Positions 11,101 through 19,487 of a stretch of 64,000 nucleotides of DNA are shown piece by piece. Position 1 is the first letter of the stretch, and every line of letters starts with the position of its first letter. The stretch is from a virus. The stretch is taken from positions 1 to 64,000 of the IMG/VR virus record IMGVR_UViG_3300029448_000015. One strand, written 5' to 3'. Both the position numbers and the translations under genes were made by a program. A model generated the notes under the pieces. It saw only the letters and a list, made by a program, of their open reading frames with translations. It made no database searches and was not told the DNA's origin.

Positions 11101-11259
11101 AGTGAAGCTGATCCAGAATATTTTGATAAATTTTTAACAGATAAAATCCCTCTTTTCGGAAGAGTTTGGTACAACTGGTTTGGCGGTGGATTAGAAAAAC
11201 GAGCAGAGCGTAAGAAAAAAGAGGAACAAAAAGAAACAAGAAAATACTTTGCTTTGTAA
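8134..11259 (+). CDS. Large internal virion (ejection) protein
   Basis: 1041 aa, last gene of the structural arm. ENYFPR motif resembles PNYLPR in 41435-45019. Confidence 0.6.
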   Translation: MSQNIKLPNGNIITDVPLDITQEELKQLVLKNNLATEKDFQTSKESEGATKKLQTVEKEKTLLYPEVPSLDKELEPVFPEVPTLKQEEKKTDLSFWENFKYNYDSANTDVSNLSLIIKAAVPVLSGGIGFDGTIVTPSKVFGTENYSDLSFDERRKILLEQRQSKANKDNRKAATLYAENPNKKSNELSSFLGQVAGSLMSPTTLAPTLRLTKSASAALAGRPVLKRTAEDIGTGAIYGGQYSILDQVAKEGEVDPSKTIRDTGVGGLAGLFPVGVSGVSQVAKAAVTSKPVSFITDAATVQIKLKAVQNKTKVLQKEIAERIVTQTPDVPASQIIQQAKNSLGMTNAELRDIYAYGDFQYPSAEDALKITAAKENPISSKIKLGETIDEFITPISTRIKNLSLPVFGSLRQMEFNLSVNKARYLKQSEDFIDSLTKLKRSKLIGGGSTKVKENLKKFEVKLFNGDFVGAKKIASDNFPELLKPLDKIINNKTGVLPKLYKALKKSGSSVAFRENYFPRVVKDLKGLNSVLEKDPKNDAVKFLDKIALASKRTSWKELTNEEQIEGLNKFFQVRNLQAAKKGFNAQRKIETLDESLSEFYHSPSESLYMYINSAVTDIELRNFLGTKSTIEEGGILKTLDLSKSVGSKILQTAPKISQENLEKLKHLLEVRLNAEKLKASDTLINIKDIQTMVTLGQVDSAITQLGDLGSAIYVSNLAAAIKGLAKAATNKTRVNVEELGLINNITADLNSNGFFNKATDNVLKAIQFRRADRLGKETLIEGALEANAKLARTNPQKIVSEWGEIFGKDVNKLIGDLRSETISEEVKLFLFHKLSDIQPITLSEMPEKYLKMPNGRIFYALKSFTLKQLDVVRREGLSEIAKGNYSKGFKNLMSWGVTFGLVNGTVQSFKDSLLNLEMDVGIDAISDEAFESFASLLFLNKYSREKYFGEGIIPQGIDFGLGVISPPALDLGEDVGNFINNLYKEVDEDSEADPEYFDKFLTDKIPLFGRVWYNWFGGGLEKRAERKKKEEQKETRKYFAL

Positions 11260-11261
11260 AG

Positions 11262-11435
11262 CTACTGAGTAACTACTATAGTTTTATTGTTTTTAGTTAA
11301 ACAAACAGCATTAACTTCGTATCTTTTTTCTAAATCTTTTAGAAGAGTTGTACATTGGTCAGTTTGATCTGGGCCTGTAAACACTTTAAATAAAAACCAA
11401 GTGCTTATTGTTACTAGATATAAGCTAGTAGTCAT
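11262..11435 (-). CDS. Hypothetical 57-aa protein (not in ORF track)
   Basis: MTTSLYLVTISTWFLFK...VVTQ*, start overlaps stop of upstream gene. Confidence 0.5.
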   Translation of the reverse strand: MTTSLYLVTISTWFLFKVFTGPDQTDQCTTLLKDLEKRYEVNAVCLTKNNKTIVVTQ

Positions 11436-11755
11436 TTAGAATCTTCAATCGTTGTAATCATTTTTTCTAAATAGTATTGAGCTTTCTTTAAATCTTTTAA
11501 ATGATCCTTATATCTCCATCTATGGAGGTACTTCATTACATTACCTTCGCAGTAAACAAAAAAGTTTTCCCCTAATTGCTGCTCAATGTATTTGATTGCC
11601 TCCATACCTCCTTTATTGTAGTGTTCGGGCCTAGTAATTACGTCAAATTTTTCTTCTTCTTCTTTTTCTTTAGTATCTACAATAGAGACATTCAAACTGT
11701 CTTGTTTATTTTTATCCCATTCTTCAGTAGTAACGTCATTTAATCTTTTTTTCAT
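11432..11755 (-). CDS. DUF3310 (SaV / T7 gp1.7-like nucleotide kinase-like) protein
   Basis: PEHYNKGGMEAI...GNVMKYLHRWRYK...DLKKAQYYL; SD aggag before MKKRL. Homolog at 48057-48410. Confidence 0.8.
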   Translation of the reverse strand: MKKRLNDVTTEEWDKNKQDSLNVSIVDTKEKEEEEKFDVITRPEHYNKGGMEAIKYIEQQLGENFFVYCEGNVMKYLHRWRYKDHLKDLKKAQYYLEKMITTIEDSK

Positions 11756-11759
11756 CGTG

Positions 11760-12161
11760 TTATTCTCCTGCGGTAGCATAGTCAATTAATTCTGGAATAG
11801 TATCTAAAGTAAAAAAAGGTATTCTTTCTTTTCGACACCAATTCCCCATTGTTAATTTACTTCCTTTCCGTACTTTTTTATTAGGGTCAGCCAGTAAAAA
11901 AATAAAATCTTTGCCTTCCTCAATAAACATATCTCTTACTGCTTTGTATTTTTGTACATCCCCTTCCCTAAAAAATCCTTTACACTCTACATATAACTTT
12001 TTGTTATAAACAAAGTCTGGAACATATATTCTAGGTATAACGTAAGGGAGGGCTTCAGGTTCAAACTTCATCCTTATTTTATTATGGATTGCTTCAGCAA
12101 AATTCTTTTCAAATTTAGATCTATACTTATTTTTAGGGCGTACAGATTTGCTTTTTTTCAT
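11760..12161 (-). CDS. Endonuclease I (T7 gp3-like Holliday junction resolvase)
   Basis: YRSKFE...YVPDF...VECKG motifs. Confidence 0.85.
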   Translation of the reverse strand: MKKSKSVRPKNKYRSKFEKNFAEAIHNKIRMKFEPEALPYVIPRIYVPDFVYNKKLYVECKGFFREGDVQKYKAVRDMFIEEGKDFIFLLADPNKKVRKGSKLTMGNWCRKERIPFFTLDTIPELIDYATAGE

Positions 12162-12162
12162 T

Positions 12163-12372
12163 TTAAATCCTAGCTATCCAATGAACTTTTGAAAGCTTTT
12201 GTTTTTTTAGTGCAGCAGAGTATTGCTCAAAATTAACATCTCTTGATTTTTCTGCTCTGCATTTCCGACACTCATAAAAAACTCCTGTAGTGAACTGTTC
12301 TATATCGTCACATTCACAAAATTTACATACGTACTTTTTTCTTTTTAAAGCTTTTTCTTTTTTAGAATTCAC
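12163..12372 (-). CDS. Small zinc-finger protein
   Basis: CKFC...CRKC. Confidence 0.6.
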   Translation of the reverse strand: MNSKKEKALKRKKYVCKFCECDDIEQFTTGVFYECRKCRAEKSRDVNFEQYSAALKKQKLSKVHWIARI

Positions 12373-13243
12373 TGGCTAACACCTTAAAATTTTGTTCTTG
12401 TACTTTAGGTTCTTTAACTACTTTCGTTAAAAACACTGGGCCTCTAGCATAGTTAAAGACTCTTAAATTAGGGTAACAATGATGTTTAAACTCACAATAA
12501 GAACACCCTATTGCTAATTTTCTATTTCCTAATTTACCTTCAGGGACATCTTCATAACAAAATTCTTTTGGTTCTGATTTACTAACTACTCTTTTAATAT
12601 GTTCAATCTGTTCTGCAATGTCTCCCTGAAGATTCTCATACATAGGATCTTTTTTATCTTTCAAGTCATGTTTTAAATAAGTAATGTGTCCATTCTGTTT
12701 ATCCATCGCTAACCAACCAAATTCAGTTTCATTCTCTGAATAGGCATAAGCTTTTATTTGTCCTATGTAACCAAAAGGATCGTCTTCAGCTACTTTTCTA
12801 TCTTTAAATTTTTTAAAACCAAATACTGAAGCTGATTTAACGTCAGTTAAGACACCATCTATCTTACAGTCCATAGAACCCTGAACACCTCTAACTTCAC
12901 AACGCTTTTGTTCATCAGTTACTTTATGTCCAGACATTCTAGTTAAAAACAAAAGCATTTCTTCTATGAGATGTCCGTACATAAATTTAAGTAAGGTGTA
13001 AGGCTGTAATTCTTCTGAAGGAGTTTCGTGGTATTTATTCCAAATGTATTTATCAGGTCTGCCAATTAAAGACATACGGAGTTTTCTTTTATCTTTATTA
13101 CGATCAACTAAAAATTGATTTCGCATTAACTCTTTAACTGATTCACCAAACAGTTCTATATTTTTTTCTATGTCTATTTCATCAGAAGTTTCTTTTGTAG
13201 AAAGAAGACTGTATATGTCTTCTACTAATGTGTCTGTTCCCAT
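12362..13243 (-). CDS. Cas4-like PD-(D/E)xK exonuclease
   Basis: LRMS.IG, GHL.E, G.MDC.IDG...DVKSAS, CSYCEFK..C. Homolog at 49179-50027. Confidence 0.85.
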   Translation of the reverse strand: MGTDTLVEDIYSLLSTKETSDEIDIEKNIELFGESVKELMRNQFLVDRNKDKRKLRMSLIGRPDKYIWNKYHETPSEELQPYTLLKFMYGHLIEEMLLFLTRMSGHKVTDEQKRCEVRGVQGSMDCKIDGVLTDVKSASVFGFKKFKDRKVAEDDPFGYIGQIKAYAYSENETEFGWLAMDKQNGHITYLKHDLKDKKDPMYENLQGDIAEQIEHIKRVVSKSEPKEFCYEDVPEGKLGNRKLAIGCSYCEFKHHCYPNLRVFNYARGPVFLTKVVKEPKVQEQNFKVLASEF

Positions 13244-14949
13244 GAGTCCCCCACTTTATATTCTCCGTCCAATGGACATTTTAAATTAAAACGATTACCT
13301 GCTGCTCTAATACAGCTAACTGCAAGCTTACCAAATTCTTCTGCTTTTTCTTCACTAACTTCAGATTGAATTTCATCGTGTATATTACCAACAAATTTAA
13401 AATCTATTCCCCAAAGCTTTGCATATTCATCCAACAGTACCAAAGCTTTTTTCATTACTAATGCACCTGCTGATTGTAGTAATGTATTTAATGCTGAGTG
13501 TTCTGAGCGTACAAAAAGCTGTCTCCCGTCTAACCCTTTTAGTGTTCCCTTTGATCTGACCTTTTGTACAACTCTGTCTCTAAGCTCTTTAAGTGACGGG
13601 ACACGATACAAAAATTGTTCTCTAAGAAATCTTCCATCCCCTTTGCTTCCTCCAACCACTGAACCAAGTCTTTCATCTCCTGCTCCGTACAAGAAGGCAT
13701 AGATAAAAGTTTTTGCTGTATCTCTTGATTTAAGTCCTGCAAGCTTTTGATTAAGGGAGTGTATATCTCCGTTAATAATTTCATTAGTGTACCCTTCATT
13801 ATTCATATAGTGGGCTAACATTCTCAGTTCTAAACCAGAGGCATCAACTCCGACTACTTTGTACCCTTCTTTAGCAATCCAACAAGAACGACATTCTTTC
13901 CCGTAAGGTGAATAGACTGCGGGGACTTGAGCCATATTTGGTTTAGAATGAGTAAATCTGCCAGTAACTGCACCATTAGTATTTACATACCCATGAACTC
14001 GATTGTCTTTATCTGCTACATCTAACCAACTTTGTACCTGCGCTTTTCTCTTTTGAATGGTAATGTATTCAGCAATCAGTTTAGCTTCTGGTATATCAAC
14101 ATTAGCTAACGTAGATTCATCTACAATAGGGTGATTATTATCTGTAAATTTATCAGGTTCCCATCCTGCTTTTTGTAAACAAACTGCTATCTGTTGCCTA
14201 GAAGATAAATTAAAGGGGCGATATTCTATCCTGCAAAAGTCCCCAGAAACAGTCTGCCAATCGTCACCTAAGAACTTTAAACCTACCTTACTAAACTCAT
14301 TAGTATTCTTTTTAATCTTTGGAGTAATGACTTTGATAAAAGTAAACATAGGTTTAAATGTTTTATGCACCTCATCTTCTATTGCGTATAGCTTCTCCTT
14401 AAATTCTGCTACTAAGGAAGTCGCTAAAGAGTGATCCAACAACCACCCATTGTTAATTTGTTCTTTAATTATGGACTGTACTTTGTGTTCTAGCTCGATG
14501 GAATCAGGATTAAATTCCCTTAACTCTAATTCTAATTTTTTTAGAACTTGCTCTGTAACTGCGACATCTTGCTCACAATATTTAATCATCTCACAAGATA
14601 ATTTTTCCCATTCATTATGCGAACCTTTAGGAAAGTTTAGTCTTTCTCCCCAAGCACGTAAGCTATGCCCTCCTTCTCTGGATGGGTTTGCTAGTCGAGA
14701 CAATACAAGACTGTCTAGTAATTGATAGGATGCCAGATCTACATTCCAAAGTTTCTGAAGAACAGGGAAATCAAAGGCAATGCCATTATGAGCAACAATA
14801 GTATCAACTTCGACAGTCGCTAAAGCAGCTTTAAATTCTGCTTCAGAATAAACTGTAGGAAATAGATTGGATGAACAACACCATATTCTTGTAGGTGTCA
14901 GCCCATCAGTTTCTATGTCAAGAATTAATGTGTTTAGTAATAAGTTCAT
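13225..14949 (-). CDS. polA: Family A DNA polymerase (T7-like, Tyr762 type)
   Basis: DIET exonuclease motif, DASGLELR (motif A), KTFIYAFLYG (motif B), HDE (motif C). Confidence 0.95.
   Translation of the reverse strand: MNLLLNTLILDIETDGLTPTRIWCCSSNLFPTVYSEAEFKAALATVEVDTIVAHNGIAFDFPVLQKLWNVDLASYQLLDSLVLSRLANPSREGGHSLRAWGERLNFPKGSHNEWEKLSCEMIKYCEQDVAVTEQVLKKLELELREFNPDSIELEHKVQSIIKEQINNGWLLDHSLATSLVAEFKEKLYAIEDEVHKTFKPMFTFIKVITPKIKKNTNEFSKVGLKFLGDDWQTVSGDFCRIEYRPFNLSSRQQIAVCLQKAGWEPDKFTDNNHPIVDESTLANVDIPEAKLIAEYITIQKRKAQVQSWLDVADKDNRVHGYVNTNGAVTGRFTHSKPNMAQVPAVYSPYGKECRSCWIAKEGYKVVGVDASGLELRMLAHYMNNEGYTNEIINGDIHSLNQKLAGLKSRDTAKTFIYAFLYGAGDERLGSVVGGSKGDGRFLREQFLYRVPSLKELRDRVVQKVRSKGTLKGLDGRQLFVRSEHSALNTLLQSAGALVMKKALVLLDEYAKLWGIDFKFVGNIHDEIQSEVSEEKAEEFGKLAVSCIRAAGNRFNLKCPLDGEYKVGDSWEQTH
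13539..13784 (-). CDS. Candidate nested gene in +1 frame of polA (81 aa, helical)
   Basis: SD-like GAAGGG 7 nt before ATG; same ORF with GAGGAG in phage B polA (50629-50880). Confidence 0.55.
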   Translation of the reverse strand: MKLLTEIYTPLIKSLQDLNQEIQQKLLSMPSCTEQEMKDLVQWLEEAKGMEDFLENNFCIVSRHLKSLETELYKRSDQREH

Positions 14950-15484
14950 TGATAGGGGTCAAGTCTCGAATTAGTACGCCATAAGTATCATTTACAAATT
15001 TAAAAGAGAGTCTATTTGGATCTCGTTCTCCCTTCTCAAAAAAATCCGCTTGATTGTAAAAGTCTTCTTTTAGCATAAACCCTAATAACCAACACTTCGT
15101 TAAATCCTTAGTGACTCTAGTAAACACATAAGCATCACAATTTTGTTGCGTATTAAAAGCAGATACTAAACAGTTGTAATGAGGCATAGGTTTAACATTT
15201 GTAACGGAAGATTTAACGTCTAATTTATTAATACTTTTTCCTTTTGAGTCTTCAACTTCTTCTATAAGAATGTCCCAATCATAACTATTGTTCCACTTTA
15301 CAGATACTCTATTGTCTGCAAGATATTTATAAACGACTCCTTCCCCTATAAAACCATAAATGTTACCTGCACCTTCAGTAAGACTATTCTTTAATGTCCC
15401 CATTGTTTCAGATTTTTCTGAGGCAATGTCTATGATGTCCTGAGAAACAGTTACTTCTACAATGTCAGCAAGTTTAAAAGTCAT
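14918..15484 (-). CDS. Hypothetical protein, restriction-endonuclease-like (PD-(D/E)xK) fold
   Basis: G.IGE...YDWDI...LDVKS pattern. Confidence 0.55.
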   Translation of the reverse strand: MTFKLADIVEVTVSQDIIDIASEKSETMGTLKNSLTEGAGNIYGFIGEGVVYKYLADNRVSVKWNNSYDWDILIEEVEDSKGKSINKLDVKSSVTNVKPMPHYNCLVSAFNTQQNCDAYVFTRVTKDLTKCWLLGFMLKEDFYNQADFFEKGERDPNRLSFKFVNDTYGVLIRDLTPINELITKHINS

Positions 15485-17132
15485 CTGAATTATCCCCAGT
15501 TGGTTTTTGTGTCTCCTGCATCCTACCTATTTCTTGATCGTACTTTAAGTAAGTCGCTGGCCCTGTTAAACCAGTGTATCTATTTTTTAATACTCTAACT
15601 GTTGTTACATTTCGTATATGTTCGGACTCATTTTGTTGATCTCGTTCTAATCCAATCACGATGTCCGATAACTGAGCAATAGCCTGAGATCCTCTTAGCT
15701 CACTAAGACTAATCCTACCTCCATCTTCATGCGCTGTTCCGTTAGATCGTCTTAAATGAGACACTAAAAACAATCCAATACCTAACTCCTGCACTAAAGA
15801 TCTGAGTTTAGTCATAATGGCATCAATGTTCTTACGCTCATCTCCTCCTTCCTGCGAGGAAACAACAATAGATAAATGATCTAAAACAATCCATTTGCAC
15901 TCCAAAGCTTTAGCCATGTATCTAACGTGAGACATTAAACTGTCTTCATTAGTCGATCCCCAGTGATCTAGGAGATAAAATCTGCCTGTTCCTAAAGTTG
16001 AATCCCAGTAAGGTTTAAAGTCTTCTGTATCTGTATCCTCGTCAAGATGAAGAGGTTTATTAGCAGCCATCGACATGATACCCAGTGCTGTTCTAGTAAT
16101 GGATTCCTCTAACGCCAATACACCAAGTTTATCTTCAGTCTCTGTAAAGAGATGGTGCTGTATTTCTCTAACCAAATGAGACTTACCCATGCCACTACCT
16201 GAAGTAACAGTAACTAACTCAAAGGGTCTAATTCCTTTTGTTAATTTATTCAACCCTCCCCACGGATACGGGATACTACTAATCTTTCTATCGCTAAGTA
16301 ATGTGCTCCAAGTTTCTTCTCCTGCAATAATCCCGTCTGGGCGGTACTGTTTAGCAGCCCACCAACAACTAACAAAATCCTTAATGCGATTCGCCATTAA
16401 CATTTCGTTAGCGTCTTTCATTGGTAACGTACAGATCTTTAGTTTGTTGGGACTGAATAAATCTTTAACGGAATCTAGTGCGGTTTTCCCTGCTGAATCA
16501 TTATCGAAACAAAGCACTACCTGTTCGTAGGATTCCTCCAACCATTTTAAATTCTCCTGCAATTCTTTCTTTGCTGCTTGCGCTCCATTGCGTAAAGAAA
16601 CTACATCCCATTTCCTATCAAACATTTCACTAATAGAAAGTGCATCTAGTTCCCCTTCACAAATAGTTATAAATTTCCCTCCACCAACAGCGCAAGTCTG
16701 GTGTCCAAAGAGTCCTAAATCTCTGTTCTCTCCTGAAAAAGAAAATTGTTTATCCGCTACATAGCGAGTCTTAACTGCTAGTTCCTGTAGGGATTCTCTG
16801 GAATAGTAAGGGTAATGGTGTTTATGGATTTCACCTGTAGAGGAATACTCTACTCGTACATTAAATTTTCTACAGGTTTCTTCCGATACCCTACGTGTTT
16901 GGATTTCGGCTATAACTCCTGACATTTCGTTTTTTTCTCCTGCAAATCGTTGGTAATTCGTCTGTTTTGTTAGTTCCTCATTTGTTGCGGGTTCAAAATA
17001 ATTGCAACCGGAGGAAAAACACCAAGCATGTCCATCACTATAACGTGCTAAGTTATTGGTGCTGTTACAGGACGGACACGCCTCATGTCTAACAAACACA
17101 CTCTCAGTGTTTGTTGACTCGTTCATTGGCAT
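15474..17132 (-). CDS. DNA primase-helicase (T7 gp4-like)
   Basis: CPSC zinc finger, EGELDA TOPRIM, FDND, GSGMGKS Walker A, LDHL, LRGS, KNRYTG. Confidence 0.95.
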   Translation of the reverse strand: MPMNESTNTESVFVRHEACPSCNSTNNLARYSDGHAWCFSSGCNYFEPATNEELTKQTNYQRFAGEKNEMSGVIAEIQTRRVSEETCRKFNVRVEYSSTGEIHKHHYPYYSRESLQELAVKTRYVADKQFSFSGENRDLGLFGHQTCAVGGGKFITICEGELDALSISEMFDRKWDVVSLRNGAQAAKKELQENLKWLEESYEQVVLCFDNDSAGKTALDSVKDLFSPNKLKICTLPMKDANEMLMANRIKDFVSCWWAAKQYRPDGIIAGEETWSTLLSDRKISSIPYPWGGLNKLTKGIRPFELVTVTSGSGMGKSHLVREIQHHLFTETEDKLGVLALEESITRTALGIMSMAANKPLHLDEDTDTEDFKPYWDSTLGTGRFYLLDHWGSTNEDSLMSHVRYMAKALECKWIVLDHLSIVVSSQEGGDERKNIDAIMTKLRSLVQELGIGLFLVSHLRRSNGTAHEDGGRISLSELRGSQAIAQLSDIVIGLERDQQNESEHIRNVTTVRVLKNRYTGLTGPATYLKYDQEIGRMQETQKPTGDNSDDF

Positions 17133-17554
17133 TAGAAATCAGCCGAAGTAACTGATTCCTCCTCCTCTGCTAATTCCAAGATTTTAACCGCTGACAAATA
17201 AGTAGGGACACCATGTTCAGGATTCTCTTTTCCAAGAGTAAACTTCACTCTAACCTTAGATCCTCTAGGCAAATTAGTCCCTACAAATTCAGTGTTATCT
17301 TCATTAAGAATCGGGAAGCTGTAGCGAGTTTGAAACTTTCTCTGCAAGATAGGATCTCCTGAAGGATTCCCGCTATCGTCAGTAGGTTGATAGGTTTTTA
17401 CTTTAACCTTCGCTGATTCCAACTCACTGACTGTCTCTTTTGATAGAGACAATGTGATGTTGAAATATTCAGTAGGTCTACCCATATAAGTATCAGTCTC
17501 CCAAAGATTCTGAAAGATTGATTCTCCTTCTGCTACTAAAAAGTTTTGAGCCAT
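17132..17554 (-). CDS. ssb: Single-stranded DNA-binding protein (gp2.5/DUF2815-like)
   Basis: GSKVRV...YLSAVKILELAE, acidic tail ending in Phe, adjacent to primase. Confidence 0.75.
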   Translation of the reverse strand: MAQNFLVAEGESIFQNLWETDTYMGRPTEYFNITLSLSKETVSELESAKVKVKTYQPTDDSGNPSGDPILQRKFQTRYSFPILNEDNTEFVGTNLPRGSKVRVKFTLGKENPEHGVPTYLSAVKILELAEEEESVTSADF

Positions 17555-17775
17555 ATCGTTTGTTCTCCTAGTTTACGTCTGTTTTCTATTGTAAAACTGC
17601 CGATTAACCTTAGTGAAGGTACGTCAGTCACCTTTCCTCCTACCATCCTTACATTTAGGGCTGATACGAAAAAACATTTTGTGCATAAATTTGATGGGGT
17701 ATTGTCGTTATGATCCACCAACTGCACTAATTCTTCTTCTGAGAGAATTGCATTACACCCTCTACATCTACTCAA
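17536..17775 (-). CDS. Small Zn-binding protein
   Basis: RCRGCN...LCTKC. Confidence 0.6.
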   Translation of the reverse strand: MSRCRGCNAILSEEELVQLVDHNDNTPSNLCTKCFFVSALNVRMVGGKVTDVPSLRLIGSFTIENRRKLGEQTIWLKTF

Positions 17776-17780
17776 AAGTC

Positions 17781-18053
17781 TTAAAAAGGAAAATCTCCTT
17801 CATCCTCATCAAAGTAATCATCAGCTATTGTCTTATCTCTTAGATTGAATAAAGCAATATCATCTAACGATTCATACTTCCTTCGCAAATTTTCTTTTGC
17901 ATTCATTAAAACTGCATTATGAGGCATGAATACTAATTCATCCTCCACTAATTCACAGATAGCTAAATTCCTAGATCGTTTAGGGAATGGACTGTCTTCT
18001 CTATCATCAGGAAGATTAACTAACTTTTTGTCTTTATAATCATCAAACGACAT
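17781..18053 (-). CDS. Hypothetical protein with acidic C-terminal tip (DEDEGDFPF)
   Basis: ORF track; coupled to neighbours. Confidence 0.65.
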   Translation of the reverse strand: MSFDDYKDKKLVNLPDDREDSPFPKRSRNLAICELVEDELVFMPHNAVLMNAKENLRRKYESLDDIALFNLRDKTIADDYFDEDEGDFPF

Positions 18054-18265
18054 TAGACACTAACCTCCCAGACTAAGATTACGGCCATAGTATAAACTGC
18101 TACTGCAATAACAAGCATTGGAATGGGCCTTTCTGAGTATTGCTCAAAAGTCCAATCAATCAAATCCATAAAAGAGTTGTACACTTCTTTCCCAAATTTT
18201 TTTACGATGTTCTTAGTCTCCAATTTTTTGATCCTCCAAATAATTTCTAAAATTGTCATTAGCAA
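18053..18265 (-). CDS. Hypothetical protein with C-terminal TM
   Basis: ORF track; start uncertain. Confidence 0.5.
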   Translation of the reverse strand: MLMTILEIIWRIKKLETKNIVKKFGKEVYNSFMDLIDWTFEQYSERPIPMLVIAVAVYTMAVILVWEVSV

Positions 18266-18710
18266 TATCCACCATCATTTGAACATCCCTCAAATTGGAA
18301 TGATGATAGTCCGTTGTAACTGGAATTGGTTGCCACAAAAAATATTCTTCACTAGGGATTTCATCCCAATCATTAAAATAAAATGCCACTGGGGAAACTG
18401 TCATGATTCTCGACGAAAAATACCCAACTGAATCATCAATCTCTTCATCTTCCTCTAAGCTAAAATCGAACATTAGTAGACCATCAACTGCTTGATTGGC
18501 AAACAATCCCATATCAATTTTCAATGATTCAAAATCTTCTTTTTTGAATTCAACTTCGCAAAAGTCTCGAAATTGGGACTGACACAACCAAGAATTGTGA
18601 TAGGACTTCAAAAGGTTTTTTTCGGTGATGTTCAATTTGCCGTTCTTGCACGCTAAGCTGAACGTCAAATGTTCCAAGATTGGTTTCATCAGTTTATTAG
18701 GGTGAGTCAT
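18213..18710 (-). CDS. Hypothetical acidic early protein
   Basis: SD aggag before MTHPNK at 18710. Confidence 0.6.
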   Translation of the reverse strand: MTHPNKLMKPILEHLTFSLACKNGKLNITEKNLLKSYHNSWLCQSQFRDFCEVEFKKEDFESLKIDMGLFANQAVDGLLMFDFSLEEDEEIDDSVGYFSSRIMTVSPVAFYFNDWDEIPSEEYFLWQPIPVTTDYHHSNLRDVQMMVDIANDNFRNYLEDQKIGD

Positions 18711-19042
18711 CGTTTGTTGCTCCTGCGCTTTGTCGTTAGTTTTTCGTCTGGTTTCTTTTCTTCTTAGAACTCTTAGAACAATATCCAATAATTAAATTAA
18801 ATATTATCCTTCGTGTTCTAAGAGAGTTTAAAACGATTTGATTGTCTTTTGCAATGCTTTTTTTTCTTTTTCTTTTTTGATACAATTTCATTTCCCCTCG
18901 GCTGAGATGATCGACTCCTGCATGAGCTTCAGATGGGCAAGCTTCAAATTCCTTAACAAATCTCAGCCCCTTTGCTGTTGAGGAATAGCCCATCACTTCG
19001 TTTGACGACAAAATAAGAGTAAAACTCAATGTCTCAATCTCT

Positions 19043-19207
19043 ATGGTTGCTTTGAATGAAATCTACTTAACTGAAAACCCTAATTTGTCTTTTAGGGAAG
19101 AACTTTTAGATCTTTTGGGACAACACATAGAAAAACTTGAAAGTAAAGCTAATGCTTCCATAGAAGAACGTCACAAGCTTTTCAGGGAGTCTTTGAAAAA
19201 AGAATAG
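19043..19207 (+). CDS. Counter-oriented 54-aa hypothetical protein (not in ORF track)
   Basis: MVALNEIYLTENPNLSFREELL...LKKE*; upstream extended -10 TGaTACAAT at 18878-18886. Confidence 0.4.
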   Translation: MVALNEIYLTENPNLSFREELLDLLGQHIEKLESKANASIEERHKLFRESLKKE

Positions 19208-19223
19208 TATAGGACTGCTAGAC

Positions 19224-19256
19224 AAAAAAAAGCCCCTAGAACTAATCTCAGGGGCT
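19224..19256 (-). terminator. Rho-independent terminator
   Basis: AGCCCCT/AGGGGCT stem followed by a T8 tract on the - strand. Confidence 0.75.
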
Positions 19257-19280
19257 ATAAAGAGGAATTAAAGTATTTGT

Positions 19281-19487
19281 CTATTGTTTCAATTTTATTC
19301 CGATGCTTTTTTGTTTCTCTTCAATCCCAAATAAGATTAAATCTCTAATCAACTGGGATCTATTTACTTTTGATGAAGGAGAGATTCTTTTGTACAACGA
19401 TTCCACCTCATTCGTGTAAGCTTCCACCTCACTCCATTGTTCCTCACTGAAATTTAGCAAGATACTTTTTTTATCACTCATCTCCAC
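19281..19487 (-). CDS. Ribbon-helix-helix-like DNA-binding protein
   Basis: KSILLNFSEE...VNRSQLIRDLI pattern. Confidence 0.55.
   Translation of the reverse strand: MEMSDKKSILLNFSEEQWSEVEAYTNEVESLYKRISPSSKVNRSQLIRDLILFGIEEKQKSIGIKLKQ

Noticed and set aside
12362-13243. Cas4 as evidence of a CRISPR system
   Set aside because: Stand-alone Cas4-like exonucleases are routine in phage replication modules
18736-19029. 97-aa - strand ORF
   Set aside because: TTG start without SD, runs through poly-T promoter-like sequence; probably non-coding
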